A DNA stretch of 33,110 nucleotides from a virus. Taxonomy: Duplodnaviria; Caudoviricetes. The position numbers were made by a program, and so were the translations under genes. Below the pieces are notes generated by a model. The model saw nothing but the letters and a program-made list of their open reading frames with translations, was not told the DNA's origin and searched no databases. Shown here one piece after another: positions 32,827 through 33,110 of the stretch (position 1 is its first letter; the number at the start of each line of letters is the position of its first letter). The stretch spans positions 1-33,110 of IMG/VR virus record IMGVR_UViG_3300027227_000012. The stretch is one strand, 5' to 3'.

Positions 32827-33110
32827 ATGTTCTTGTTATACATTCGATAGATTGTCTCACCATCTATTATAAATTCATATTCGCTGTCAGGTGTGAATGA
32901 GACTGTGTCACCAACGTTTACGTTGGAGATGGTGTTTGTTTTATAAACAACCTCACCCCACAATGCTTCATGTGCTCCCGTAGGGCTAATTAACTTATCC
33001 TCAGTTGGTATTGGTCTGATAAAGATAAACGGATCAACAGCCTGCCAATCGGCATCTCTCTTGTAAAGATAGACCTGATCTAGCTCAGCTAAAAACAAAT
33101 CGTCCATGAT
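32805..33110 (-). CDS. GroES-like co-chaperonin domain protein, C-terminal part; 5' end probably outside the window
   Basis: FIRPI...GEVVY...VNVGDTVSF....EFIIDGETIYRM...NI follows the GroES pattern (vkvGD.V.f....e..idGe.y). The frame stays open to the window edge. Confidence 0.55.
   Translation of the reverse strand: MMDDLFLAELDQVYLYKRDADWQAVDPFIFIRPIPTEDKLISPTGAHEALWGEVVYKTNTISNVNVGDTVSFTPDSEYEFIIDGETIYRMYNKNICLKREK

Noticed and set aside
504-33110. Stop-codon reassignment as seen in some crAss-like phages
   Set aside because: Genes are full length under code 11, and TAG terminates genes at tight junctions (21741, 26129, 32805).
1-33110. tRNA, rRNA, integrase or IS elements
   Set aside because: Intergenic gaps are too short, apart from 23724-23876 which shows no cloverleaf, and no recombinase or transposase motifs were seen.

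Overview
The window is the virion-morphogenesis arm of a tailed dsDNA bacteriophage (Caudoviricetes). Gene order and protein sizes resemble podovirus-type Bacteroidota phages of the crAss-like / Cellulophaga phi14:2-like kind. Almost all genes lie on the minus strand, read right to left: GroES-like protein (truncated), small terminase-adjacent protein, terminase large subunit, portal, a 210-aa conserved protein, acidic scaffold-like protein, major capsid protein, a conserved 254-aa protein, a 92-aa protein with its own promoter and terminator, two head-tail ring/adaptor proteins, tail stabilization (muzzle, P22 gp10-like) protein, an 881-aa Cys/Thr-rich mucin-like protein, a 305-aa glycosyltransferase, a separately encoded 254-aa piece resembling the muzzle C-terminus, a GNAT-like protein, two ejection-type proteins and a 3484-aa polyvalent protein. 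A convergent metallophosphoesterase-like gene enters from the left edge. Six intergenic TAnnTTTG boxes point to a Bacteroidota host; the standard genetic code is used. The most notable feature is a candidate phage protein O-glycosylation cassette: a glycosyltransferase with motifs of the plant peptidyl-Ser galactosyltransferase / Hyp-arabinosyltransferase type, translationally coupled to a poly-Thr virion protein and lying between two parts of the muzzle gene. All functional calls come from motif recognition and gene context; no searches were run.
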